Source: Hydrolagus affinis (Eukaryota). From it: a stretch of DNA of 64,000 nt. The stretch spans positions 1 to 64,000 of the forward strand of contig JAAILG010000060.1 in NCBI GenBank assembly GCA_012026655.1, written 5' to 3'. Under the pieces are notes generated by a model, which made no database searches, had not been told where the DNA came from, and saw only the letters and a program-made list of their open reading frames with translations. This document shows positions 50,096-63,484 of the stretch, one piece after another (the stretch's first letter is position 1; each line of letters opens with the position of its first letter). The position numbers and the translations under genes were made by a program.

Positions 50096-51604
50096 TAAAA
50101 ATGTGTCTTTTTGCTACTTCCTGCATGTTAATTCATTTCACTGGCTTTAAAACATGCAATGCAAACAAACCTCTAGTTTGTCTGAATATTATAAGCTTGG
50201 GGAATTGAAAAGGAACGAAGAACTATTATGTTCCCTACATTTAATTCTGCCCCTGCTGATGATATCTGTCTATCTATCTGATAGTATGTTCCAGGCAGTG
50301 CTATCACTGTGTCTCTTTTCCACTCCTCCTTCCCTTAGTCCTGAAAAGCATCTCCCACTCAGCATTCTTCAACTGAGAGCCTGGGACAAATCGGACTGAT
50401 GTGCGATCATTATCAGTGCTGAATAAGCACAGCCAGCCAGTCAGTGCGCTGGCTTGTCTGACCATTTCACATCCTCAGCCAAACTAAACCATCCCACTGT
50501 GCCTCTCTGCTCAGTCTTGACACCCAGATAAAACCTGAAGCATTTCTTCCAAAAAAGTATGAGGTGGACTAAAGTAATGGGACTCAAGCCTGCAAGCTAC
50601 TGATCAGCAGCAGACCCCTCCACTGCCTGTCATCTTGTGCTAACAATAGGCACTGCTTTCTTATAAATAACAACCTTCTTTAAGCTAACCCTGTGTCCGA
50701 GCCCAAGAGGCAGTGGTAGGTGCTCACCCACAGTCTTTTCAGTTCTGATTATTGATCACTTTGCCAAGAGCTGGCGAAACATTGATTCTTTGAAAATATT
50801 TTCCACCAACATAATAGATGTATTTTTGCTGAAAACATACATGAGTCGTGCAAACCGTCCTTCCCCTTTCCTTCATGTTTTATTTCCTTCTCACAGTATT
50901 ACAAAGGCAGTAGAGCAGAGAAAAATAAAACCTTGGTTAGTTAGGCTTCTTGTTTGGCAGAACTCGACTTTCACAGAAGTCGTTCATCCTTGAAATGTGC
51001 ATTACCACAGGAGCATTTTTTTTCTAAGCAAAAAAAAGTGGAGGAAATGGATGTTGAACTAATCCAAAAGCAGAAGGAAAAAGTACAGTGCTTGGATTGT
51101 ACAGAGGGGCCTGGCTGTAGCCCTTGTTGCAAAGGAAAGTATGCAGAGCGCAAAGAACTCCGGACACATGCTGCTTTAACCATTTCCTCTTATCTCAAAA
51201 ATCATTTCCTTTAGAGAGATTTTTTTTGTGTTTCTTAGTGAAGAAAAACAGCTAAAGTGGACAGAGAGGATTAATGAGCCACAGTCCTGAGCAGATCAAG
51301 CCCTTTGTCAACAGGAAGCTCCTCTGTGTTTACAAGAGACTAATTGGTAAGATCAAAGATGGTGGTAGATAGAAAGGAAAGAAAGGGTCTAGGTTCAGAG
51401 GGTCAGATCACTTTGATCCTCCCGCTTCCCCATCTCAAACCACATGGGAAGCAAACTCCAGACAAAAAGTTTCTGGGATTTAAAGGGGCATTGCAATCAC
51501 AAAAGTATTGATTGGGCTGACCTTCTTTGCTTGGGAAGAGGAAAGAAAGAGCCAGATTTCAGTTGAAACGCATCATTGCCATCAATACATTGCACTTGAC
51601 CAAG

Positions 51605-51667
51605 ATAATAATGAATAAATCATCCTTGCATTTGATATACCGCCTTATTACGTCTTGTAAACGTCTA
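51605..51667 (-). mobile_element. SINE 3' tail fragment
   Basis: CATCCTTGCATTTGATATACCGCCTTATTACGTCTTGTAAACGTCT. Confidence 0.65.
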
Positions 51668-51669
51668 TA

Positions 51670-51950
51670 TTCAGTGGTTAGAGCACTCGCATTATAAGCG
51701 TGAGACTTGTGTTCGAATCTAGGCAGGTCAGGGCGAAACCTTGGGCAAGTTTCCTTACTCCACACTCCTAATAATAATCCCTCCAAAAAAACACAACAAT
51801 AAAATTGGTCACTTCAATCCATGACTGTTGCCTGCTGTGTTTCGCCCACAAATATACAGTTGATAACTTTACAGTACATTCTGTGAAGCGCTTTGAAACA
51901 TCTAGAAGATGTGAAAAGTGCTACATCAAATGCAAGAATTATTATTATTA
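51670..51950 (+). mobile_element. Young tRNA-derived SINE (slightly 5'-clipped)
   Basis: TCAGTGGTTAGAGCACTCGC...GTTCGAATC...AAACCTTGGGCAAGTTTCCTTACTCCACAC...GTGAAGCGCTTTGAAACATCTAGAAGATGTGAAAAGTGC...(ATT)n. Confidence 0.88.
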
Positions 51951-52589
51951 CAAACGGTTACATTTATATATAGTGTACTGTATGCGTATGGTCATAAAAT
52001 ATGAACTCATAAGCATAGTTTTTGCATATCAAATAAGAACTCAGCATGTAAAATGGACATATAGATAGTTACTTGGCTCATGAAGATTTGTGGTCCTCTT
52101 ATTTTGAGTGCCTGTGGGTTGAATAGGCTGGCTGATTGGGTAGGGCAGGCTATTTGGGCAAGTATAGGCCTGTCCCAGGCTGGTGAGCCTTTTAAATCTT
52201 CTCTGTTTGGGCAGTACTCTATTTATGCCAGTGTAAAGAATGGCAACTTAATGAAGGGAGCAAGAAAAAGCAATTTTGTCTACTGTGCCTTTTTCTTACA
52301 ATGCTACACCTATCATGGACACCCCCACTCACTCGCTTTCTTGGAGAACAGTTCTGCACAGATACGCATTCAACTTCAAAAATATTGATGCAAAGAATCC
52401 AGAAAATTTTGTTTTCTATTTGTTTTCACCTTTCTATTGCTAAACAAGTTTTCGTCCAACCAGCTAATTTGACAGTATATTTGTCCCTTGATTTTACTCT
52501 TGTTCTTACATTTGGACCTTTCTCAACTGGCCTATAAAAATCGTCTTTCTGTCTTCACATAGACCTTCCATAGAACATCAGCTCCTTTT

Positions 52590-52820
52590 GGATAACATCT
52601 TGTATATTGCTCTCAAATATTTTTCCCCTAACCACAGATGTCAGGCTATCTGGTTTCCAGTTTCATGTTTCACTCCTTTTTTTGAGGAATGGGATAACAT
52701 TTGCCATCCCCCACTCCATCTCTGTGACTCCAGTGCTTATAGAGCTCTAAACAATATTAACCAGCGCCTCACCTATTCCCTCGAAAGATCTAGGGGGTAT
52801 ATTTCTTCTCAGCTGATAAA
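52590..52820 (-). mobile_element. CR1 RT fragment, old
   Basis: Reverse complement GATAGCCTGACATCTGTGGTTAGGGG-AAAATATTTGAG reads SLTSVV.KI.E (NYRPVSLTSVVGKILE motif); upstream GCAAATGTTATCCCATTC reads ANVIPF. Confidence 0.6.
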
Positions 52821-52855
52821 GAATATTCATTTGAATTGTACACTACCTGGTAGAG

Positions 52856-53151
52856 TAATAATAATAACCCTTGCATTTGATACAGCTCTTTCCACATCTT
52901 CTGGATGTCTCAAAGTGCTTCACAAATTATACTGTAAAGTGAATTGAATGTATTTTTGTGAGTGAAACATGACAGCCAATTGCACACAGCAGTGTCCCAC
53001 AAATAGTCATGGATTGAGTGACCAAATTATTAGCTTTTTCTTGAGGGATTATTTATCAAGTATGTGGAAGAAGGAAACTTGCCAAACGTTTTGCCCTGCC
53101 GGGAATCAAACTCAGATCTTTTGCTTGCGAGTGCTCTAAGCTACAGGACTC
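52856..53151 (-). mobile_element. Young tRNA-derived SINE, near full length
   Basis: AATAATAACCCTTGCATTTGATA...CAGCCAATTGCACACAG...GGAAACTTGCCAAACGTTTTGCCCTGCCGGGAATCAAAC...GAGTGCTCTAAG...GGACTC. Confidence 0.85.
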
Positions 53152-55526
53152 TACAGCGCTGCAGAGTAGCCATGGTACGTCCTCCCGATGTGTAAGGTGC
53201 TATACAAATAAAATGAGCAAGACAAGAGAATATGAGTGACTTTTCTGAAATGTATGTGAAATTATTTTGACTTAAGTACTGTTCGATTTATAGTGTATTT
53301 GCTTCCATAAAGAACACCAATTTTAAAGGGACTCCAGCTTTCAAAGACAGAGACACCTCCTTATAGTTTGCTTTATTTCACCAAAATATATTTTAACAGG
53401 TCATTAAATGATATTGCACCTGATAATCTGCTGCCTCAATTTAAATAAATTCATAAAAGAATCAAGTATATTGGATCTAACTCTTTGTGTTTACTTTCTT
53501 ATCCAAAATGTGGTGGAGCCCTGTATTTTTGTTAATCTTTTGACAAAGTGAATTTAACACTCAGTACTGGGCAACACAATTGAAATAGTGTGGAAAGGAA
53601 TGGCAAGAAAGTGGATTAAATCCATGACAGCGATTCATACTGAAATGTAGTCGAGTCAGGAAATGACAGGCCTTGCGGTTAATGAAGTCCAGAAGCTAAA
53701 AGATTAGGTATTTCTTTCATCCCCATTTCATTTATAAACTTAGGAGCAATTCCCTCCCGTTTGTTTGCAAGTAAAATGTGGCTGCTCAAAGTTCAGAGTA
53801 AGTTCAAGGATTCCTTTGTGACTGACGAGAGGCTGAACTGCCCAGCTTCACACCAGTGAGGGGTTGGTCTTTATCACTGGAGGTCAAATAGGGACTCAGC
53901 CAACAAGCAAACCTGACCGGGAATAGGAATGATAAATGGGAAGACTAGCAGAATCTCATTGTTACACAATGAATGCTCTGTAGTTAATGCCCTTCATCTG
54001 TAACACAGCCCTCTGGAGTGACATTCCAAGCACATAGAGCATCCACAGTGTTATTTCTCCCGAAGAGTTGCACTCTTTACCTATAAGTATAAAATGGCTA
54101 GTCCACATTCCACTTATGTTGCCTGTATATCAAAGCATCAATATGAGGGTTTGAAGCAATGTTGGCTGTGGTTGCTATTAACTTTGACACTCCTGGATAA
54201 CTGGGATGCAGGTCACTTGTGGCACAGACAAAATATCCATGTGATTTTCCAGCTTTCAATAACTGCTCCAGTGTGGTCTCACTTTCAAGAGTGACCCCAG
54301 CTATGGGAGGCATTTCTGTTCCTTTCTTGACGAAATTTGAAGGCCCCTAGTAATTTTGTTTTTTTTTAAAAATATTCACTTTCCATTTTGGGGTAGGGCA
54401 TGGAGGAGATTTGCTGTGTTTTATGGAAATTGCTGGCAAGAAAAGCAACAGAAAAGAAATGATTGAACTTGCCAACTCTGATCACCATTCACCACTTTTA
54501 ACCATTGCAGCCTCTGAATCCACTCCTGCATATTCACTTATACAGATTTGATCAGCCCACTGTTTTGCGTGCTCCGGAATACATTCTATCAAGCATTACT
54601 GGCTTTGTTAAGTGACTTGGGTTTGCATTATACTAACATCAAACCTGAATATGTATAGTATGTTATTGGTTGTATCAACTACCAATGATCGACCATAGTA
54701 TAATACAATAAACATGCTTTGCATTTGATATAGACATATATCTTATCAGATCAAGCTGTCTCAAAGCACTTAAGGTTTTGGGGTCAGAAGAACACAGCAA
54801 AATACATCATGTAGGGTTTTCTATGTAGGATTGTCACTGAGATTGTACTTGTGAACTAGGAATGTATGTTGTTGGCATGTTGCACTATATTTTCATGACT
54901 GTACGTTGGTTTATCTGATTACATACATCAAATAATTGTGGTCATTTAATGTGCCAACATCAGCCTCTTTGTTTTACCAAGGTAATTACACAGGAGTGTG
55001 GAGTAACTGATGTGACCTGATGTGTACAAGCAGCTGTCATATTGATATTTGTGTGATGTGTAGAATTTCACATTGGAAAGACGGACTCACTTAATTAAAA
55101 TTTCCTTCACAAATATCTCTCTCCAACACCAGGTTTCTGGTGCCTGTTCATAAAGAAATGGCCTAATTAACTTGACGTCAAATGAAATACATTTATCTGA
55201 CAAGTCTTTTTAAATTTTATTTTGATCAGCTTGGCTAATTTTTATGAGTAAAATGAACCAGGTTTATGTTATTCAAAGTGCTGTGGTTCATAGCATTTGG
55301 TTTATTTAACGCCACGTCAAGTTACCTTCACGATAAGCAATAACATTGCCAGACGAAATACCACAGAATAGTGTAGTCATCATGAAAGCAGTGCTTCTGG
55401 CAATATTTAGTAATAAATAACTGAAGGGGTAAATCTCCCTGCTGCTGTACTGAACGTCATTTTTAGTTTGTCTTTCAAATGTATTGTTTTTCCTGTGCTT
55501 TTTGGCCTTTATTTACCTGTTGCTGT

Positions 55527-55915
55527 GTCAGCCTGGTGAGGTGGGAGCACTCTAGCCTCTGAGTCAGAAGGTTGTGGATTCAAGTGCATGTCGGCACTGG
55601 GAATCATGGAGTTCTAAGATGATGCTTCAGTGCATTGCTGGAGCAGCGTGTTGTATTGTCAGGCATGCCATCGTTCGGATGAAATATTAAACCAAGGTCC
55701 AATCTGCCCTTCTATTCAAAAACATAAGGGAGATTCTGGCCAGCAGCTGCCCCAATAAAATTGGTCAATCACTCCATGGCTGTTTGTGGAGCATTCCTAT
55801 GAGCAAACTGGCTACTGTGTATTGCCCACAAAATACACTTTACAGTATATCAATAAAGCCCTATGACAAGCCACAAAGACGTGATGAGGCGACATATATC
55901 AAATGCAAGGATTAA
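55527..55915 (+). mobile_element. Deu-domain SINE, near full length
   Basis: Head GGGAGCACTCTAGCCTCTGAGTCAGAAGGTTGTGGATTCAAGT; Deu core TGTCAGGCATGCCATCGTTCGGATGAAATATTAAACCAAGGTCC; tail ATCAAATGCAAGGATT. Confidence 0.8.
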
Positions 55916-58685
55916 TTTTTTTTATTCGGTTGAGATGAGAACTATCTACTTATCTGACTTTGGCACCCAGTGTTAGCATTTCAGATTAGGTATTAAGAAG
56001 GCCAAATGTAGGGTAAAGCTCCCTCAAGCTGAGTGGACAACATGACTAGATATGTCTTTTGCCTTTGACGAGATTTGTGATTTGAGTTTACTGATATTAT
56101 TTTCAAACAGTCTGAGTTTGCATATACCAATGTGTGTATGACATATCAACTGACAGCAAATTTGGCAGCATCGTTTATATTCTCCTTATGGACTGGTTGG
56201 TTAAGTTCAATTTTCAAGTATAGCATGTATTCCACATACTTCATTCTGTCTCTTCCTCTAATTTTTCCCAGCAAAGCTTAAAGAGAATGGTCTGAAGTAT
56301 CGTAATAATTTGTCTACATTTCTATGTCTTGCTAAACAATCCATATTTCTTTTGAATCTGTTTTACAAACAAAATAACAGATTACACAGATTATTCTAGT
56401 TGCTCCCTGCGGTGTTCACATTTTCTAAAACCATTTTATCTGTGTGATGGGATGTTTCTTCTCTTTTCTGTGTTTCTTTGATTTACCTAATGAAACAGAG
56501 AGAGAATTCATGAACAGCCATGGGGAGAAGTGTCTCCGGGATTTCATGCTTCTAAGTTTGTTTTATGTGTAGAAGTTCTCATTGTACATGAACATGTATA
56601 TCCCGAACCAGGCTAGCCACTGGTCATTCACACATGACGTTTCATTGACTTGGCACTAACTGCATTCCTTTTTGTCTCATCTGAATTATACCATGACACT
56701 AAGTCTTCATTCTACCTGGAAAAATGTGTGATAATTGTGTGTTCATTCACACAGTTCACAGTTGCCACACAGTCATTTGTGTTTACAGCTTGCTCTGAGT
56801 ACTGGCACTGCGGAATAGCACAAAAACAATTTGCTGTTTTGCAGACAAGCTTTTTATTTTAACATTCATAGCACAAAATCCACTCCTCCCCTTGGCAGCA
56901 GAACCCAAGAGGTATTTAAATGGTTAAGTTGAGACTTGATTGTAATCACTCTGCAGCAGCACATCTTATTCAGGTTTCCAGTGATACACCAGCTGAAGAC
57001 AGGTCCGAACCACTTAGAATCAGGACCCTGGGTTTGAATAAGGTGTAACAAGTTCTATTTCCTGATATTTTTGCCTTATCCTTCAAAATGTCTTTTGAAT
57101 ACGAGGATATAGTGAATGCAGTTGTATCTCAATTGATTGTATTTTAATTCTTATAACATGGGTCCTCTGGGGTCTTGCAGTCCAGCTTTCATTTTCCCTT
57201 TTCATTAGCACTTTCAGAGGGGGTGCTGAATTTAATGGGATAAATCATGAGCAGTTTAGTTTTGCAGATGGAACTTTTTGTTCCCCCAGTAATGTGACAC
57301 CACATGTTTTTGTTTCATTGCGGTGCAAAGCCAGATTTCTTAAAGATTTATAACGTCCCAAACTCGTCAATCAAAAAAATGTACAAGATTGAAACTGGTC
57401 CGATTGTGTTCATCCTCATTTCATTTGCTGGTTTTAGCAATTTTTCATAGACTCCCTTGGTCCAAATGAAACTTTTATTGTCAGATATGCTTAACCTTCT
57501 AACACTGATTCCGACCTTTTATCATTAAAAACATTAGAATTCAGAATGCGTAGGAATTAGGTGCTAGGATAGCCCTGTGGCTTGCCTGATGCAATTCATT
57601 GTTTGTTCACGTTGAATATAAGACAGTCTTCATAAGGTTACCCTATTAAAATTCCAAGCATGCTGAACAGTGAGTAACCCAACCGAATACCTGCACTTTG
57701 CCAGGTGTGTTCTGACCTTGAACCATGAATTGCTTGAGTACTTGATATATTAGTACTTTGCCATGCTTTCTTTTCAAAACTGGCAAGGAGTTATGTTTTT
57801 TTTAAAAAAAAGGAAAAACTTTATTTATAAAAAACGCTTTAATTTTGATTTGTATACTTTTAAAGAAAGTTATGCAAGTGCATGTTGACAAGTGATGAAC
57901 ATAATGCGTCATCTTTCTTCAGTTTAGTGCTGTGTACCCAATGACGTAACTGAGTGTTTGGATAAAGCCGTTCGACTGCAGCTCAAAGGAGCAACTGGAG
58001 GGAAGATTCAGCTGTGAAGTAATCAGCAGCATTCCCCCAATGGACACGTGAAGAAACAGGATGGAAGCAAATACAACGGCAAGAGTAAGTCATGATGATT
58101 GAATTCACTCTGAGAACAGAGACTTAACAAGGGTTGTATGATGGAAGAGATTTTGAGAGTTGTGACTGAAAACCCGATTGCAGGACACATTATGAGATTT
58201 GAAAAGTACATTGACAGTTCATTAAAAATCATTCATTTACAGCTGACAGTTTGGTGGTGTTTTATACCCTTCGTTGGGTGTAAAACAAGTACGAAGGGTA
58301 TGGTTTGTCCTGGGTGACATATGAAGTTCAGAGCCATAAGGAAGGATATTGAATCAGGCATATTGTACCCAGAGCCCAATTTGAATCCAGGGCTATGACA
58401 ACAATTGCTATGTGAATTCCTGCGTGAAATGTGTTTTCAGGAACTGGTAACAAGTAACAAGACCATTTGGGTTCCATCTGTGGAGAACTAGGAAACTATT
58501 GGGCAGTGAGAGGCAGGAGAAACGAGTGGTAAGAATGCACCAATATTCACTCAAAGGGGTGGAGTCAGCTGGTCAAAATTGTCATTATTCATTCATATCA
58601 ATGAAACAAAACCAGTACCTTAACTTTTGATCTACCCTATTGAAGCTGGACAATTTCTCGTGCACCACAATCCCATGTCTCCTGT

Positions 58686-58725
58686 TTATATATATATGTA
58701 TATATATAGAGAGATATAGATATAT
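58686..58725. repeat. (TA)n/(GA)n microsatellite
   Basis: ATATATATATGTATATATATAGAGAGATATAGATATAT. Confidence 0.85.
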
Positions 58726-60032
58726 GAAAGAAACTACGGATTTGACAAAATCCCTGAAATTTTTATTGTGAATCTACGGACTTCGAGAATTCCTAATTTC
58801 ACAATTTTACCGAAAATTTCAGGGATCATGCAAATGGCCATGTAGGGTGTGATCACATGATTAAAGAGCCACATCTCAAATACACCAATATCACAATCAA
58901 TGTGTGAGAACTATTCAAGCCTCTTTGTGTGGAGTGCTAGAAGAAGAGGAAGAGGCCTATGACAAAGGCTGTGCATCCCATTGTCATTAAAGAGTTCACA
59001 AAAACCTGGTTTCAAGATTTTACTGTAAGGGTGTATATACACACACTTTAAATGAAATGACTGATTCTTCTGACATTGTCTAGACATCTTCAAGTCTGTG
59101 CAGTTTGTACATGTCTGATAGTGTGATGAGCCTAGGATGAATCTGCTGCTCTTCCAGCAATGTTCAGAATTCTAAAAACAAGTAGATGTTAGTATTGATT
59201 TACTGTACATTATTTACTTTTGTAAAAAGAGTCGGTTTACTTTATCTCCAACTATATGGGACAAGCGATGTCCTAGCTCTGGGAATTCATTGAGGTCTCA
59301 AAAAGCATTTCACGCACTTCTCTATTCTGCTGCTGAAATTCTGGGTTTGCCAACAAATGGAATTTCAGATTACTTTTCCCAGGTCTGTAAAGATGAACAT
59401 TTTTAAGCAATTGATAAAGTGATGACTGTAATACGTTTCTTGCTCAGTTGTGCCTGAAGCTATTGGAGCTTGTCTCTGATGGGAGCCAATCTGCCCTTAC
59501 CTGTTTGTTACCTGCACACTGAAGGACCTTGATCGACACTCATGCTCGGTGGGTGATTTGGGCTAAATCAAAACGCTGTTAGATTAATTCACTGCAAACT
59601 ATGAGACTGGAATATGGGAATGTAATACTGTGGCAGCAGATCCTGTTGATACCATTGAAGATGCGGTGTTGTGAGCTTTTCTCTCATGGATACAGCAATC
59701 TTCGGAAACAAACAGGGACATGAGTCACCTGGTACCTAATTAGAATCTATTCCATGGCATTCGACAAACCTCAATAGTATCCAGAGTCCAGATAAAAGAG
59801 CAATGAATATGTTTGTGCCTAAGCACTGTTTATTGTGTTATCACCATTTGTACCTCAGTGCCGAATTGCATTTTAGTACAGTAACTGACTTTATGGATTG
59901 CTAACTGAATTGTCATCATGCAAAGATTCTGCGTATAACGTCCTTGTTTACAAGATTGTAAAGTTTCTTGACTACTTTCTTTTCTGCTGTGATTGGCTGT
60001 TTCGCCTCTGCCATGTCTGTAATAACATTAGA

Positions 60033-60828
60033 AACATCTGTGATCAGGGCTCTCTCTGCCTCCATGTCCTCCTCGACCTCTCTGCCACCTTCGACACTAT
60101 CGACAACTCCATCCTCCTACACTACCTCTCCTCTCAGCTAAAATTTTGTGGACCTGCCCTTACCTGGTTCCTTACCTCTCCCATCGTCTCTACTCTGTCG
60201 CCACTAACGGCTGCTCCTCCAGCCCCCCGCACTGTCATATGTGGCATCCCCCAGGGCTCTGACCTTGGCCCTCTCCTTTTCAACATGATACGAAACGCGG
60301 CAGCCAATTGCACACAATGCACATGAAGTGGCGGGAGTGACAGCTGGGCCGAACCACTGCTCGTACTCCATGACCCTATCACCTCCATTCTCACACTACT
60401 CCACTGGCTTCCCATTGCTCAGAGGATTCAATTCAAGATTGTTGTACTCACCTTTAAAGCCCTCCATGGCTTTTGCCCCACCCTACTTCTGAGACCTCCT
60501 AACTCCCAACCAATCTCTCTGCTCAGCGGGCTCCAGCCTGCTGCACGATCTCTGATATACCCGCCGCACCATCGTTAGGCGAGCCTTCAGCCACTCTGCT
60601 CCCTACCTCTGGAATTCTGGCCCACAATGCTTCCACTTCACCCCCTCCCTAGCCTCCTTCAAGTCCTGCCTCAAGACTCCTCTTCGACCGTGCCATCGGT
60701 CACCTCCCTTCCTTCCACCATTCCTGATCCTGACCCCAGCTTGAGTCCAAAACACCGACTGTCCAGCGCCTTGTGATGTCCTCCCAAAGTGAAAGGCATT
60801 ATGCAAATATAATTTTTGTTGTTGTTGT
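60033..60828 (+). mobile_element. L2 LINE with internal deletion and filler DNA
   Basis: ICDQGSLCLHVLLDLSATFDTID...GIPQGSDLGPLLFN (RT), then about 70 nt of foreign sequence, then the ITSILT.LHWLP...FK C-terminal region, 3' UTR and (TTG)n. Confidence 0.9.
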
Positions 60829-60911
60829 AATGTAGCCATTTATTATGGTCTCTTTAAACCGATCATTGAAGTGCTTTCAGTAGTCCTCTGCATTGTCTGT
60901 CAATTTATAAC

Positions 60912-60968
60912 AAGCACAGCCACGATGGGACGAGTAGCTTCCTTCCATGCTGTAATTTTGCTGTGATT
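60912..60968 (+). mobile_element. CR1 3' terminus
   Basis: GCACAGCCACGATGGGACGAGTAGCTTCCTTCCATGCTGTAATTTTGCTGTGATT. Confidence 0.6.
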
Positions 60969-63484
60969 AAAATGTCATATTTCAGCATCAGTATTTTGAT
61001 GCTCAACTAACCTTAGGACTCGTTTGTTTAGTTATGTTAATAGATGAGGAAACTTCTTGTCCTTGAAATGTGACTTACTGTGATTTACTGAGCCATTTTT
61101 CATTCATTTATTTAATAAGTAAAATTAAGTTAAGCATCTTAACCAAGCTTAGGTGGAGGATTTCTGCTTCCTGATAAATTTTATTGTTATTGTTCCATTG
61201 GATGCCTTAACATCACATCAGTAGGAATTATCACATGAATTATGCAACTAATTATAATAATTGGGTAACCCTTAAATATTTGGAACCACTTAAATGAAAA
61301 TACTTGCAGACCTGATGTGATAAACCAATCTTTAGTTTTTAATAAGGTATCATTGGTTCTACCCCTTTCCCTCATTGTACGACATTTGGAACTCCTCATG
61401 TAATTTGGTTTCTAGGGATTGTGAACGCTTGCTCTTCTGATACCTCATTCAGGAAGCCATGTGAGTAGAAACAGTAAGTGTCAACGGGTCATTCAGATGC
61501 ATGCCTGTAATGGAGTATGGGGGGACGCAGGGAGAGATAGTGAGAGCAGGTGGGAAGAGGAGGGGCAGGGAGCTCAGCCCAATGTGGCCACACCTGACCA
61601 CCAGGGGTCACCATATAGCAATCAGAAGAGAAGAGAACACCTTCACCAGTTTTTCTCTCCATCACTGGGACATTATAGAGTATTTGTGCTGGGAGCTGAT
61701 TGGATACAAAGCATCAAAGATGAGACTTTTCTGGATATGTGGTTCATGTGGTCCATTAAGTAACAACGAGAGGGAGAAACCCATCATTATCATTCGCCGA
61801 GCCTTTATGAAAATCTGACAACTGTGAAGTTGTTTTGAGATCTCTCCAATATGGTGTGTCAGAAATTGGGTCCCTGTATGTAACAATAATAATCACACAA
61901 TAACTTAATTTTTTTCCCTCAAAAGTGAAATGACTTATTGATACTGCGTTCAGGTGAACTATGAACTACACTCTTCTATCCCCTTGTTATCCCCAAAGCT
62001 TGGATTTGTACCTTGCGCACATCTGAGTGATATCACCTAACTGTCCTTGAGTTGGTGATCCTGAAACCATGCACTGTGTAATAACCTATTACGACTGCCC
62101 TCCAGACTGCTACTGATGTATACTCGGATGCATTTTCAGAATCGCAGCAGTATAAAGATTGAACAAAGAGCACTGACGCAACTGAAGGTAATGCATTTAA
62201 AATACTGAAATTATTTATTGAAGGATGGAATTGATTCACAAATAATCTGCTTGAAACCATGTTTCCTATATTTCGATTAAATATACTGGGGATATTGCAA
62301 TCTATGGATCACTGATCTCTGTCCTCAATGATGGGAAATACTGCTCTAAAACCTGATCCAAGTTGTCACTGAATTCTGTGTAGGCCACAAGACAAAGTGA
62401 TGGACTATTCAGGAGACAATATGCAATGGGACAGCATTCATTTGTTTTCATTTTTTATTAGAGAGAACTTCTAGCCTGTTCCATTATCAAAAGTGGAATA
62501 ATTCTCTCCAAAACAAAATCACCATCTACTCTTGTATAAAAGTAAACATTGATTTTATTTACGAGGCAGAATTTTCAGTTCTCTTGCACACTGCTGGTGT
62601 CAAACCTCATCACAATTAGGTCATCTTATCCAAAATCCACAGTAAAAAGCAATCACATGTCTTTCTCCTGATAAGAAACATCTCTTTATGATGTTAAAAG
62701 TTGAATTGTTGCGTATCACAACTGCCTCTGCCAGAGGATCAACTGTGTTGATTAGAAAACTGTTGAAATGCCCCGATTAACAAACATTTATTCATTTGAA
62801 TACACCTGAAATCTGAGCTTGCTTCCATCTAAGTTCAGCTTCTTACTTAAAATGTTTTGGTCCTACTTCAAAACTCAACCGAGACCATGCAGATTGTTGC
62901 TTTACTTGGACAACAGAATTACATATTCAATTAGAGACCTTTATTTTCCATTATTTTATCCTGTGAATGCATACACTGAAATTAAATAATGGGATACAAA
63001 TGTTTGCATCACTCCAAAGGTTTGGTATTCATTTGCCTTTCGAAATACAACTGAAAGCATGTCCCTGACATTTTTCACTGGCAGAAATCCAAGATTTACA
63101 ATGTAAAAAATATTGTCGCTAATGGCTCAGCTGATATATTTAATGACCTAACATAAGCCATTTTATTTGTAAAGGTTAACTTGTGTCTTTTGGTTGTCTA
63201 TCAGTACCAAGGTGGTTAGAGAGGGATGAGATTACAAAGAAGCACTTGCATTAGTTTGACAGATAAGAATGAATGGAGCTCCATCAAATTCAAGCCAAAG
63301 CCAGGAGTAATTTAAATTGCCATACCCCCTTGTAAATTGTTGGCACAGCTTCAGGTTTCCATTTCATCATTGTAAAAGGAAAATCTGATTTCATCTGAGA
63401 TTGAAACTTGTAAAGCTCCGGTTTGGCTTATTTTTGTTGACCACCCACACTTCAGAACTCAGGATCACATTTGCATTCAACATC

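Noticed and set aside
57207-57230. RE1/NRSE site (minus strand TTCAGCACC...)
   Set aside because: The left half matches, but the right half (GGACAG) is absent at canonical spacing.
58390-58405. GYDN peptide suggesting a GABA-A alpha exon
   Set aside because: Context is QGYDNNCYV rather than DGYDNRLRP, and there is no supporting acceptor.
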